Shown here: in pieces, positions 45,270-54,635 of the stretch
How the letters are laid out: each line of letters opens with the position of its first letter
Numbering within the stretch: position 1 is the stretch's first letter
Source: Patescibacteria group bacterium UBA2773
Lineage (GTDB): Bacteria > Patescibacteriota > Minisyncoccia > Moranbacterales > DUUL01
NCBI GenBank assembly: GCA_002352465.1
Contig: DEIN01000017.1
Coordinates: 777-64,776, forward strand
DNA length: 64,000 nucleotides
Direction of reading: 5' to 3'
Made by a program: the position numbers and the translations under genes
Notes under the pieces: model-generated
The model's input: the letters and a program-made list of their open reading frames with translations, nothing else
Database searches by the model: none
Told to the model about the DNA's origin: nothing

Positions 45270-47360
45270 ATGAAAAAACAAAAAAACCTAGGAGTAAAAA
45301 AGAAAATAGTGAAGAAAATCAAAAATAAAAAATTAATTGAAAAGATTATCAAACGTGATGGTTCCATTGTTGAGTTTGATAAAAAGAAAATTAAAGAAGC
45401 GGTCTATAAGGCTTTTCGAGAAGCGGAAGAGGGAAGTTTGAAAGCGGCAGAGAACGTGATGAAAAAGGCGGTTCAGATGTTGAGTAAAAAAGCTCGACCG
45501 GGCTATATTCCCAACATTGAGGAAGTTCAAGACACGATTGAGCAAGTTTTGATGATTTTAGATTTTGAAAAAACTGCCAAGGCCTATATTCTTTATCGAG
45601 ATCAACGAAGCAAATTGCGAAACACCGAACGATCTTTGGATGACGCGGTTGATTTGGTCGATAAATATTTAGGGGAAATAGATTGGCAGGTTAAAGAAAA
45701 TTCCAATATGGCTTATTCCTTACAAGGACTGAATAACTATATTTCTTCAATTGTGAGTGGAAAATATTGGGTGGAAAGAGTTTACCCAAAGTCAATTAAA
45801 CGCGCTCACGAAGAGGGCAATTTGCATATCCATGATTTGGATAAAATTGCTTCTTATTGTTGCGGTTGGGATTTGCAAGATTTATTGACTCAAGGTTTTA
45901 CCGGCGTTTCTGGAAAAGTTTCTTGTAATCCACCAAAGCATTTGCGACCGGCTTTGGGGCAATTGGTTAATTTCTTTTATACTACTCAAGGAGAAGCGGC
46001 TGGGGCTCAAGCAGTTTCAAATTTTGATACTTTGTTGGCGCCTTTTGTTCGATACGATAAATTGGATTATAAGGCGGTGAAACAAGCGATGCAGGAATTC
46101 GTTTTTAATTTGAATGTTCCAACTCGAGTGGGGTTTCAAACTCCGTTTACTAATATTACCTTGGATTTGAATTGTCCCAAGATGTATAAGGATCAAAATG
46201 TTATTATTGGGGGAAAACCGCAAAAAGAAACTTATGGAGATTTTACGCATGAAATGAATATGCTTAATCAAGCTTTTGCCGATGTAATGAGCGAAGGGGA
46301 TGCCACTGGACGAGTTTTTACTTTTCCAATTCCAACCTATAATATTACCAAAAATTTCAATTGGGATGATAAAAATTTAGATAAAGTTTGGCAGATGACT
46401 GCTAAATATGGAATTCCCTATTTTGCTAATTTTGTTAATTCCGATATGGATCCAGAAGATGCGCGTTCAATGTGTTGTCGTTTGCGATTGGATAATCGAG
46501 AACTACATAAACGAATGGGAGGGTTGTTTGGTGCAGCACCTTTGACGGGTTCAATCGGAGTGGTGACGATTAATTTGCCTCGAATTGGTTATTTAGCCAA
46601 AGATAAGGCTGACTTTTTGAAACGATTAGGAAAATTAATGGATATTGCCAAGGAGAGTTTGGAAGTTAAAAGAAAAACGATTGAAGGCTTTACTCAATCA
46701 GGGTTATATCCTTATTCTAAATTTTATTTGAAAGATATTTTTAAACGAAGAGGTACTTATTGGGGAAATCACTTTTCCACGATTGGAACAATTGGGATGA
46801 ATGAAGCTTTGCTGAACTTAATCGGAGAAGACATTACAACCAAGAAAGGCGTTAAATTAGCAGAAGAAATTTTGGTATTTATGCGAGAAAGAATGGTAGA
46901 TTATCAAAAAGAGACTGGCAGTTTGTATAATTTAGAAGCCACACCAGCGGAAGGAACGAGTTATCGGTTAGCATTGAAAGACCAAAATCGATTCCCTAAA
47001 ATGATTTTTGCTAATTCTGATGCCGAAAAAGAAAATGCTACTCCTTATTATACCAATTCTTCTCAGCTACCAGTTGGATTTTCGGAAGATGCTTATGAAG
47101 CGATGGATTTACAAGATAATTTGCAAACTAAATATACGGGAGGTACAGTTTTTCACACTTTCTTAGGAGAAAAAGTGCAAGATATTGAAACGGTAAAATC
47201 TTTTGTGAAGAAAATTGCGCATGGTTATAAGATGCCTTATTTCACAATTTCTCCAACTTTCAGTGTTTGCCCGATTCACGGTTATTTAAATGGTGAGCAC
47301 AAGCAATGTCCGAAATGTTTGATTGAACAGAGTTGTGAGATTTATTCTAGGGTTTTATAA
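45270..47360 (+). CDS. nrdD: Anaerobic ribonucleoside-triphosphate reductase (class III) main body; it ends ...CPIHGYLNGEHKQCPKCLIEQSCEIYSRVL* just before the glycyl-radical Gly
   Basis: N-terminal ATP-cone, NrdD core, C-terminal Zn ribbon. The glycyl-radical motif is cut off after EIYSRV. Confidence 0.8.
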   Translation: MKKQKNLGVKKKIVKKIKNKKLIEKIIKRDGSIVEFDKKKIKEAVYKAFREAEEGSLKAAENVMKKAVQMLSKKARPGYIPNIEEVQDTIEQVLMILDFEKTAKAYILYRDQRSKLRNTERSLDDAVDLVDKYLGEIDWQVKENSNMAYSLQGLNNYISSIVSGKYWVERVYPKSIKRAHEEGNLHIHDLDKIASYCCGWDLQDLLTQGFTGVSGKVSCNPPKHLRPALGQLVNFFYTTQGEAAGAQAVSNFDTLLAPFVRYDKLDYKAVKQAMQEFVFNLNVPTRVGFQTPFTNITLDLNCPKMYKDQNVIIGGKPQKETYGDFTHEMNMLNQAFADVMSEGDATGRVFTFPIPTYNITKNFNWDDKNLDKVWQMTAKYGIPYFANFVNSDMDPEDARSMCCRLRLDNRELHKRMGGLFGAAPLTGSIGVVTINLPRIGYLAKDKADFLKRLGKLMDIAKESLEVKRKTIEGFTQSGLYPYSKFYLKDIFKRRGTYWGNHFSTIGTIGMNEALLNLIGEDITTKKGVKLAEEILVFMRERMVDYQKETGSLYNLEATPAEGTSYRLALKDQNRFPKMIFANSDAEKENATPYYTNSSQLPVGFSEDAYEAMDLQDNLQTKYTGGTVFHTFLGEKVQDIETVKSFVKKIAHGYKMPYFTISPTFSVCPIHGYLNGEHKQCPKCLIEQSCEIYSRVL

Positions 47361-47466
47361 TGAAATGAGGGTCTGCACTAAAAACAAATTATCTTCGAAG
47401 AGTGATTGGAAACAGTTCCATCGAGGGGTTCGAAGTTTTTATATATAATAAATAAAAACAAATAAA

Positions 47467-47703
47467 ATGACAAAAACAATTCCAAAAAATATTGTTTGTA
47501 AAGATTGTGGAAAAAAAATTCAAGCTGGTGATGCCAATGTTGGTTATTGGAAAAAAGAAGATGTTTATCGTTGTGAAAATTGCACTAATAAATTATTTGG
47601 CACTGAAGTGTATTCTAGGATTGTGGGTTATATCCGACCAGTCAAGCAGTGGAATGTGGGAAAATCGGCTGAATTCAACGATCGAGTTATGTTTAAGGCT
47701 TAA
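47467..47703 (+). CDS. Stand-alone NrdD C-terminal module (Zn ribbon plus glycyl-radical motif EVYSRIVGYIRPV..WNVGK..E)
   Basis: 78-aa ORF with CKDCGKK..CENC, then SRIVGYIRPVKQWNVGKSAEFNDR, matching the NrdD glycyl-radical signature (RVxGY..P...WN.GK..E). It lies 106 bp after the main ORF and is flanked by inverted repeats (ggggttcgaa / ttcgaacccc). Confidence 0.6.
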   Translation: MTKTIPKNIVCKDCGKKIQAGDANVGYWKKEDVYRCENCTNKLFGTEVYSRIVGYIRPVKQWNVGKSAEFNDRVMFKA

Positions 47704-47715
47704 ATAGCTAGTTCG

Positions 47716-47750
47716 AACCCCGGGTCTGTTGACTCGGGGTTTGTTGTTTT
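47716..47750 (+). terminator. Hairpin followed by a T-rich run after the nrdD C-terminal module ORF
   Basis: aaccccg-ggtctgttgact-cggggtt followed by tgttgtttt. Confidence 0.5.
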
Positions 47751-47757
47751 GAGATAA

Positions 47758-48318
47758 TCAATACTTTTCTTTCAGATGATTTAAACTTACAATAAATTTT
47801 TGGTTTATTTCTATTGTAAATGGAATTTCAGATTCAAGGCGGGATATTTTTTTTAAAGTCAAAGCTGCCATTGAAAAAATGTTAAGGAAAAAAAGATATT
47901 GGCTATTTTTTAGGTCAATGCTTTTGTGGTTTCTTTCTAATAGAACTTGAAATAAAATTTTTTGAGTTGGTAGCCGCCAATAATTTCCCAGTAAAAAATT
48001 GCTGGGATTAAATTGAAAAGCAAAATGAAGCTTAAATTCAAAAGTGGTATTTAAGAATTTAATATTACCGATGTAATTTTCACAATCGTCTATTTTTTTG
48101 ATAAAAATTAATATTTCGAGCGTTTCCATTAAGAACCTCCTTTTATTTTTATTTTTTAAAAGTCTGCCTAAAAAATATTCATTTGTCAATGAATGAATTA
48201 ATGAAAACCGTCTAAATTGTTTGAATAGCCTTTCAAATAATTTGGATTGTGGTAGAATGGCATTAAGACAAGCAATTTGTCTAGTTTTATTATTAAAATT
48301 GGTTTTATGGAAAATCAA
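47758..48318 (-). CDS. Hypothetical protein (186 aa)
   Basis: Sole long ORF in the 560-bp gap between nrdD and rnc. No recognisable motifs were found, so the coding status is uncertain. Confidence 0.3.
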   Translation of the reverse strand: MIFHKTNFNNKTRQIACLNAILPQSKLFERLFKQFRRFSLIHSLTNEYFLGRLLKNKNKRRFLMETLEILIFIKKIDDCENYIGNIKFLNTTFEFKLHFAFQFNPSNFLLGNYWRLPTQKILFQVLLERNHKSIDLKNSQYLFFLNIFSMAALTLKKISRLESEIPFTIEINQKFIVSLNHLKEKY

Positions 48319-49002
48319 GGAGCAAAAGATTTGGCAAAAAAATTAAACTTATCTTTTAAGAATTTTAAACTTTTGCAAGAAGCATTGACTCATCGGTCTT
48401 ATTTAAACGAAAATCGACAACATCAATTGCCTCACAATGAAAGATTAGAATTTTTGGGAGATGCAGTTTTGGAGTTGTCCGTCACGGATTATCTTTTTAA
48501 AAATTATAAAAATCCGGAGGGAGAATTGACCAGTTGGCGAGCTGCTTTGGTCAATGGCGAGATGTTGGCAATTGTGGCTAAAGAAATAGATTTAGATGAT
48601 TTCTTGTTGATGTCAAAAGGAGAAAAGAAAGATACAGGGAAAGCTCGAAACTACATTTTGGCTAATGCTATGGAAGCGTTAATCGGAAGTATTTATTTGG
48701 ATAAAGGTTTTGCTGAAGTGGATAAATTTATCAACAAATATATCATTGTTAAATTGCCGGAAATTATTAAAAACAAAACTTATCTTGATGCTAAAAGCTA
48801 TTTTCAAGAAAAAGCCCAAGAAATTGTGCAAGTGACTCCTCACTATGAATTAGTTAAAGAATGGGGACCAGATCATGACAAGAAATTTAAGATTGCGGTT
48901 TTTTTGAAGGAGGAAAAGGTGGCGGAGGGAGAAGGGGAATCGAAGCAGGAAGCGCAGAGAAATGCAGCCCAAAACGGCCTACTCGCCAAAAACTGGGAAT
49001 AG
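48307..49002 (+). CDS. rnc: Ribonuclease III
   Basis: RNase III signature HRSY..NERLEFLGDAVLEL, with a C-terminal dsRBD. Confidence 0.9.
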   Translation: MENQGAKDLAKKLNLSFKNFKLLQEALTHRSYLNENRQHQLPHNERLEFLGDAVLELSVTDYLFKNYKNPEGELTSWRAALVNGEMLAIVAKEIDLDDFLLMSKGEKKDTGKARNYILANAMEALIGSIYLDKGFAEVDKFINKYIIVKLPEIIKNKTYLDAKSYFQEKAQEIVQVTPHYELVKEWGPDHDKKFKIAVFLKEEKVAEGEGESKQEAQRNAAQNGLLAKNWE

Positions 49003-49012
49003 AACTTGATTT

Positions 49013-49260
49013 TTTGGCGTACTTCTTTGTCAAATCCTGCGTCACTCACTCGATGTACCAGTTTAGTACATCTCATTCCTTACTCGGATTTTCCTCGAAT
49101 TACGCTCAAAAACTTAAGTTCCTGAAAGCGTTTTTTGATTTCGTCTTTGCCTCGGCGTAGCTTTAGCGAAGACGGATCGAATTAAATTCAAAATAACAAG
49201 CCTTGAAATCATTATGACACTCAAATTCTCTTCGAACTGCACTAGAATTTGAAAATTTTA
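49013..49260. repeat. Composite copy of dispersed repeat family 1 (full unit plus extra modules)
   Basis: ggcgtacttctttgtcaaatcc...cgatgtaccagtttagtacatctcattccttactcggattttcctcgaattacgctcaaaa, then gcctcggcgtagctttagcgaagacggatcgaatt, and a second ...cttcgaactgcactagaatttgaaaa. Confidence 0.7.
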
Positions 49261-49373
49261 GCTTTTGCTGATATCTATTAATCCAAGAAGGCTTAAATTT
49301 TTCTTGAACTTTGCTCAAAATAAAAAGTTGTTAACAATGATGACTGATGACCAGTTGCTGTTGAATTGTTTTG

Positions 49374-49437
49374 ATAATTGAAAATTTTAAAATTGATCAT
49401 TGATTGAAAATTGAAAATTGATCATTGTAAATTATTT
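49374..49437. repeat. AT-rich repeat family 2 (ATTGAAAATTGA units) upstream of the smc-like gene
   Basis: ttgataattgaaaattttaaaattgatcattgattgaaaattgaaaattgatcattg. Confidence 0.5.
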
Positions 49438-49438
49438 T

Positions 49439-51673
49439 ATGTTTGTTGAAAAAATAGAAATATCCGGGTTTAAGTCTTTCGCTAAAAAAACAATTTTGGA
49501 TTTTTCGGGTGGAAAAAATTTGAAAAGCGGGGTCACTTGCGTGGTTGGTCCCAATGGGAGTGGAAAATCCAATGTTTCGGACGCTCTGCGCTGGGTGATT
49601 GGGGAAAAGTCGGTGAAAAATTTGCGAGGTAATAAAAGAGAAGATGTGATCTTCGCTGGCTCTTCAACCAAATCTCAATTGGGTTGTGCTCAAGTTTCAG
49701 TTTTTTTTGATAATTCTAAAAAACGATTTGATATTGATTATAGTCAGGTTGTAATTACACGAAAAATTTATCGAGATGGGGAAAATCATTATTTGATTAA
49801 TAACAGCAAGGTTAAGCTATTTGATTTGATGAATTTGCTTTCTCGGGCGGGAATTGGTCATGGTAATTATACGATTGTCAATCAAGGAATGACGGACCAA
49901 ATTCTCTTGTCAAGCCCGGTGGAGCGAATGGGATTTTTGGAAGATGCAGCGGGGGTGAAAGAATTTCAATTGAAGAAAAATAAAAGTGTTCGAAGAATAA
50001 AAAAAACTCGGATTAATATTGAAAAAGCCGAATCTTTGATGCGAGAGATTGAGCCGGAGCTGAGAGTTTTGAAAAGTCAAAGTCGAAAAATCGAAAAAGC
50101 GCAAAAAACGCGAGAAGAGTTGGCGGAGAAAAGAGCTCAATATTTTGCAGTTAGGCTGAATAATATTGAAAGCAATCAAAGTAAGAATGGGTTGGAATTA
50201 AAAAGAATTGAAGAACAAATCGAGGGTAGCCAGAAGAAAATCAAAGCCATTAATCAAAAACTTCAAGAAAGCGATAACAGTTCAATTCAAGAACAGAACA
50301 AGCTGATTGCCGGAATTGAAAAAGAGAAAGCTCAATTAGAAAAAGAGCGGTACGAATTGGAGCGAATGGGTTTTAAGCAGGAAATCGAGTTAAAATCACT
50401 GCAAGAAAAAATTGAGCAATTTGGTAAGGAGGAAATAATTTTGGTTGACCGAGGCTATATTTTGACTAAATTGCAGAAAATCAAAGACGAATTGGACAGT
50501 CAAGTTGGGAAATCGCTAACGGCCAAATTGATCTTTAAAATCAATGATTTATTGCAAGAAATTCAAGCTGGGAAAGCGGTTAAAAGCAAAGCGAGCGAAG
50601 AAACTGAAAAACAAAAAGTTTTGTTGAATAAGGATTTAGATAAAATCAAGCAAGAAGCTCAACAAAATTCAATTGAAATTGCTAATTGTAAACAAAAAAT
50701 AGCTGAGAAAAATCAAGCAGTTCAAACGATTAATGCTGAAAATCAGAAGAAACAAGAATCTAGAGTAGATTTTAAGGATCAGTTAAGAAGAGAGCAGTTT
50801 GAAGTGGAAAAAGCGGAGAGATATTTGGAACATTTAAGATTAGATAAAACGAAATTAGAGCAAGAATTGGTTGAAATTAAAAAAGATATTCAAGCTAACT
50901 TTAACGGTAATTTGGATGATTTGAGAAAAATTTCTTGTAATCTGAATTTGGAAAATTTGAAAATGCTAATTGAGAAACTTAGTTGGCAGTTAGAACAAAT
51001 TAGAGAGATTGATACGGGGGTAATAGAAGAATATCGAGAATTGCAGGAAAAATATGATTTCTTGGAGAAAGAATCAAAAGATTTGAAGTTGACTTTGACT
51101 GATTTGAACCGAGTGATTGTAGAGATGGATAAAACTATCAAGAATCGATTGGCTCAAGCTTTTACGGCGATCAACAAAGAATTTATGATTTATTTCAAAT
51201 TGATATTTTCGGGTGGTTCGGCTAAGTTGGAAAAAATTAAAATTGAAAAAAGAAAATTTTTGGATGAGCTGGAGGACGAGGGCGAAAAAGATCCAGAAGA
51301 TTTGACTGAATTTGGAATTGATATTAAAGTTAACCCTCCGGGAAAGCGGATTAATAACTTGAATATGCTTTCGGGCGGAGAGCGAACTTTGACTTCGATT
51401 GCTTTGCTGTTTGCTTTGATTTCCTATAACCCACCACCGTTTGCTTTTTTGGATGAAATTGAGGCTAATTTGGATGAGGCTAATGCCAAGCGGTTTAGTC
51501 GAATTTTGAAAAAACTTTCTCATAAAACTCAGTTTATTTTGGCCACTCATTCTCGGGAAGTGATGCGGATGGCGGATATTCTGTATGGAATTACGATGGA
51601 TTCTGGGGGATATTCGAAAGTTTTCTCGGTGAGTCTAGGACAAATTAAAGAGGATGGAGATATTAAAAAATAG
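49439..51673 (+). CDS. smc: SMC-family ATPase, compact (~745 aa) with no recognisable hinge domain
   Basis: SMC N-terminal head (FKSFA...GPNGSGKSN..DALRWVIGEKSVKNLRG..EDVIFAGS) and C-terminal head (LSGGERTLTSIALLFAL...FLDEIEANLDEAN...ATHS). The ~500-aa middle is entirely coiled-coil-like. Confidence 0.7.
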   Translation: MFVEKIEISGFKSFAKKTILDFSGGKNLKSGVTCVVGPNGSGKSNVSDALRWVIGEKSVKNLRGNKREDVIFAGSSTKSQLGCAQVSVFFDNSKKRFDIDYSQVVITRKIYRDGENHYLINNSKVKLFDLMNLLSRAGIGHGNYTIVNQGMTDQILLSSPVERMGFLEDAAGVKEFQLKKNKSVRRIKKTRINIEKAESLMREIEPELRVLKSQSRKIEKAQKTREELAEKRAQYFAVRLNNIESNQSKNGLELKRIEEQIEGSQKKIKAINQKLQESDNSSIQEQNKLIAGIEKEKAQLEKERYELERMGFKQEIELKSLQEKIEQFGKEEIILVDRGYILTKLQKIKDELDSQVGKSLTAKLIFKINDLLQEIQAGKAVKSKASEETEKQKVLLNKDLDKIKQEAQQNSIEIANCKQKIAEKNQAVQTINAENQKKQESRVDFKDQLRREQFEVEKAERYLEHLRLDKTKLEQELVEIKKDIQANFNGNLDDLRKISCNLNLENLKMLIEKLSWQLEQIREIDTGVIEEYRELQEKYDFLEKESKDLKLTLTDLNRVIVEMDKTIKNRLAQAFTAINKEFMIYFKLIFSGGSAKLEKIKIEKRKFLDELEDEGEKDPEDLTEFGIDIKVNPPGKRINNLNMLSGGERTLTSIALLFALISYNPPPFAFLDEIEANLDEANAKRFSRILKKLSHKTQFILATHSREVMRMADILYGITMDSGGYSKVFSVSLGQIKEDGDIKK

Positions 51674-51792
51674 GGTCCTAAACATTCAACGATCAATAAC
51701 CAATATCCACTCAATGATTAAATAAACGAATTTATTAAAGGTTGAAATACTGAGGATTAAATGAGTATTGAATATTTATAATAAATAAAATT

Positions 51793-52479
51793 ATGCTAGA
51801 ACTTTCGATTGTTGCTACGCCGATTGGCAATTTGGCTGATATAACCTTACGAGCCTTGGAAATCCTCAGAGAGGCTGATTTTGTGTTGTGTGAGGACACT
51901 AGAAAGACCAAAGTCTTAATGGATAAGTATGAAATTGTAAAGCCTTTGAAAGCCTATCATCAACAAAGCACTGAGGGACAAATTCATAAAATTTTGGAGG
52001 CAATGAAAGAGGTCGAGAAAGTGGCGTTGGTGACTGATGCGGGAACTCCTGGAATTTCTGATCCGGGTAATCTTTTGATTGAAAGAGTTTTGGCTTTTTT
52101 TGGCGACGAAATAAAAATTACGCCAATTCCTGGAGCCAACGCTTTGAGTGCTTTGGTTTCGGTGGCCGGAATTAATATGACTCGCTTTACTTTCATGGGT
52201 TTTCCACCTAATAAAAAAGGCCGAGAAAAATTCTTTCGAGAAGTTTTGGCATCTGAATATCCGGTTATCTATTACGAATCTCCTTATCGTTTGATGAAAA
52301 ATTTAGATTTGATGGAAGGGCTTTTTGAAGAACTTGGAATTTCTAAACGGGTGATTTTAGGGCGAGAAATCACCAAAATCTTCGAAGAAATCAAACGAGG
52401 AGAAGTTGTTGAAGTAAAAAAATATTATGAAGAAAATCCGGGGAAAGTTAAAGGAGAAATTGTGGTGTTAATTTATTAG
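51793..52479 (+). CDS. rsmI: 16S rRNA (cytidine1402-2'-O)-methyltransferase RsmI
   Basis: LSIVATPIGNLADITLRALEIL..., DAGTPGISDPG; 228 aa. Confidence 0.85.
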   Translation: MLELSIVATPIGNLADITLRALEILREADFVLCEDTRKTKVLMDKYEIVKPLKAYHQQSTEGQIHKILEAMKEVEKVALVTDAGTPGISDPGNLLIERVLAFFGDEIKITPIPGANALSALVSVAGINMTRFTFMGFPPNKKGREKFFREVLASEYPVIYYESPYRLMKNLDLMEGLFEELGISKRVILGREITKIFEEIKRGEVVEVKKYYEENPGKVKGEIVVLIY

Positions 52480-52487
52480 ATAAAAAT

Positions 52488-53860
52488 ATGTTCAATAAAA
52501 GAAAAATTTTTCAAACAATTAATGTTTTTGGGGTGTCAAATGAGCTTATAGATTCGTATGTTGAAAGAAGTGAAGTCGACGAGGAGTTTAATCGGGCCCT
52601 TACTCTTAAGAAACACATAATTGTTTTCGGGTCTTCAAAACAAGGCAAAACTTCATTAATCAAAAAACATCTTCCATTAAATGATTATGTTAAGGTTGAG
52701 TGTACGCCAGATCAAAAAAAAAGGATATCTATAAATCAATTCTTCGACAGATAAATGTTGAAATTGTGGAGTCAAGAAATAATATGGTAAGTGGATCTTT
52801 GAGCGCTGAAGTTAATTCAAAATTACAATTAAAGTTACCTCTTGTTGGCGGTGGTGATATCGGCACAAAAGTGGGTACTACCCGAAAAGAAGAAAACGGG
52901 AAAACATTTAAAACCGTGGCGTATGATATTAGCATTGCTCAGGATATGATTGAAATACTTCAACAGTCAAGTTTTTCAAAATATATATTACTTGAAAATT
53001 TTCATTATCTAGGAGAAGAAACTCAGAAAGAGCTGTCGTTCGATTTAAGAACTTTTCAAGATGTAGGGGTTAACTTTATTATTCTTGGTATTTGGCGAGA
53101 AAAAAACAGATTAGCACAATACAATGGTGATCTTCAGGATAGAATGATTGAAATTCCAGTTGAACCATGGTCTGAAGAGTCGCTATCTTCTGTTATTGAA
53201 AAAGGTTCAAGCCTTTTGAACATCGAAATGAAAGAATTAGCGAAGCGAATAGTTACTTCTTCTTTTGACAGCGTGGGTGTGTTGCAAGAGCTATGCAAAG
53301 AGGCCTGTCTTGCTGCTGGTACAAAAGAAACAATGACCGTAAAGACAAAAATTAGTAAAAAAGAGCTTGATAAAGCGATACAAAAAAAATTAGAAGATTA
53401 TTCAAGTCGACATATACGATCCATGGAGTCATTATCTACTGCTTCACAAAAAACAACGGGAGAGGGTGAAGTAGCACTTTTTATTCCTTATTATTTTGTT
53501 AAAATGCTACTCTCGATGAATTTTGAAGACATTGTGAGCGGTATAAAAAGGGACAAACTACACAAAGAAATAAATAAAATACATCATAGAAAAGAGGGGG
53601 TAAGGCCAGGAGATATCAGCAATTTTTTACATAGAATTATTCATCAGCAAATTAGTAAGAACGTAATACCACCTCTATTGGATTACGACAGAAGCATAAG
53701 GACGCTAAAAGTCATTGACTCTACATTTTATTTTTTTCTAAGACATGCGGATAGAGGTACTATTCTTAAAGAGATTGATGATCCAGTTAATTTATTTTCT
53801 AGCGCTCAAGGTAAGCAATATCAATCAAAAACAACACAAACTAAACTGCCCAATTTGTAA
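52488..53860 (+). pseudogene. P-loop NTPase (PF01637 'archaeal-type ATPase'-like) split into two ORFs by a frameshift in an A9 tract
   Basis: ORF1 (52488–52754) carries ..YVERSEVDEEFNRAL..IVFGSSKQGKTSL (Walker A). ORF2 (to 53860) continues the same protein, with YILLENFHYL as a Walker-B-like segment. Changing A9 at 52714–52722 to A10 fuses them (..TPDQKKKDIYKS..). Confidence 0.5.
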
Positions 53861-54124
53861 TAAAAAGATGTTTGTAATATCTTATCAGACCTCATGGATA
53901 GATGAGTTTGGGGTCAGATAAATTAAAAATAACAGCTCGTGGTGACGAGCTGTTATTGGTGTTTAGGATTTTGAAAATTATAATTTACCTGCCTGCCGGT
54001 AGACAAGGTTCAGAATTTGGAGTTTTGGATTTGTAATTTGAGCTTAAAAATATTTTTTGTAAAAAAACCGCCTCGACCTTTTGGGGTGTTGGCGGAAGTA
54101 GTTGAGCTACTTAGTTCCGGTATT

Positions 54125-54388
54125 TTATAATAATTTGCCGTCGTAATCTACTAGACTACGTTCCATTATTACTCCTTCGGGAAAGAAAAATTTTTCAAAT
54201 CCTCCCGGGAAAGCCATTTCCACAATTAAATAAGGAGAAGTTTTCATTTGTTTTTGATCGGTGATTTTAATTAAATCGCCGTGTTCAAAAAGCCAATTTT
54301 GAGCGGATTGTTCTGTGAAAAATCCGATGGTCTTTTCCAGCATAACGCCTTCTGGATTGTTTGAAGGTCTGATAGTGTTTTTTTGCAT
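54125..54388 (-). CDS. Small hypothetical protein (87 aa)
   Basis: A strong RBS (aaaaaaGGAGGactt) sits before the ATG. Confidence 0.4.
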   Translation of the reverse strand: MQKNTIRPSNNPEGVMLEKTIGFFTEQSAQNWLFEHGDLIKITDQKQMKTSPYLIVEMAFPGGFEKFFFPEGVIMERSLVDYDGKLL

Positions 54389-54490
54389 AAGTCCTCCTTT
54401 TTTGGTGGTTTCTTGGCTATTATTAGCCGGTTATCTAAAATATCATATTTTTAAATTATGTCTAGAATAAATTGATGAATTAAGAATAAT

Positions 54491-54521
54491 TTTCTACCAT
54501 TCTTCAGTGAATGGTAGAAAA
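54491..54521. repeat. 31-bp element containing a perfect 9-bp-stem hairpin (ctaccattc-ttcagt-gaatggtag), copy 1 (intergenic)
   Basis: ttttctaccattcttcagtgaatggtagaaa. A second copy lies at 57544–57574. Confidence 0.7.
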
Positions 54522-54635
54522 GCAAAACGGGGTATTGGTTGGATTGAATTGAGTTTTTGGATAATTGTTGGTGTAATAGATAAGCAATAAAATATTTTTA
54601 AAGTTGATATTAATCAAAAAATAAAGGAGGGCGAA

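Noticed and set aside
47361-47466. Possible group I intron between the nrdD main ORF and the C-terminal module
   Set aside because: 106 bp is far below the minimal group I or II intron size. No P-element-like conserved segments were recognised. The anomaly is retained as a split-gene finding.
47405-47725. GGTTCGAA motifs near the nrdD module suggesting a tRNA T-arm
   Set aside because: No acceptor, D or anticodon stems can be formed. The motifs are the two arms of an inverted repeat flanking the small ORF, not a tRNA.
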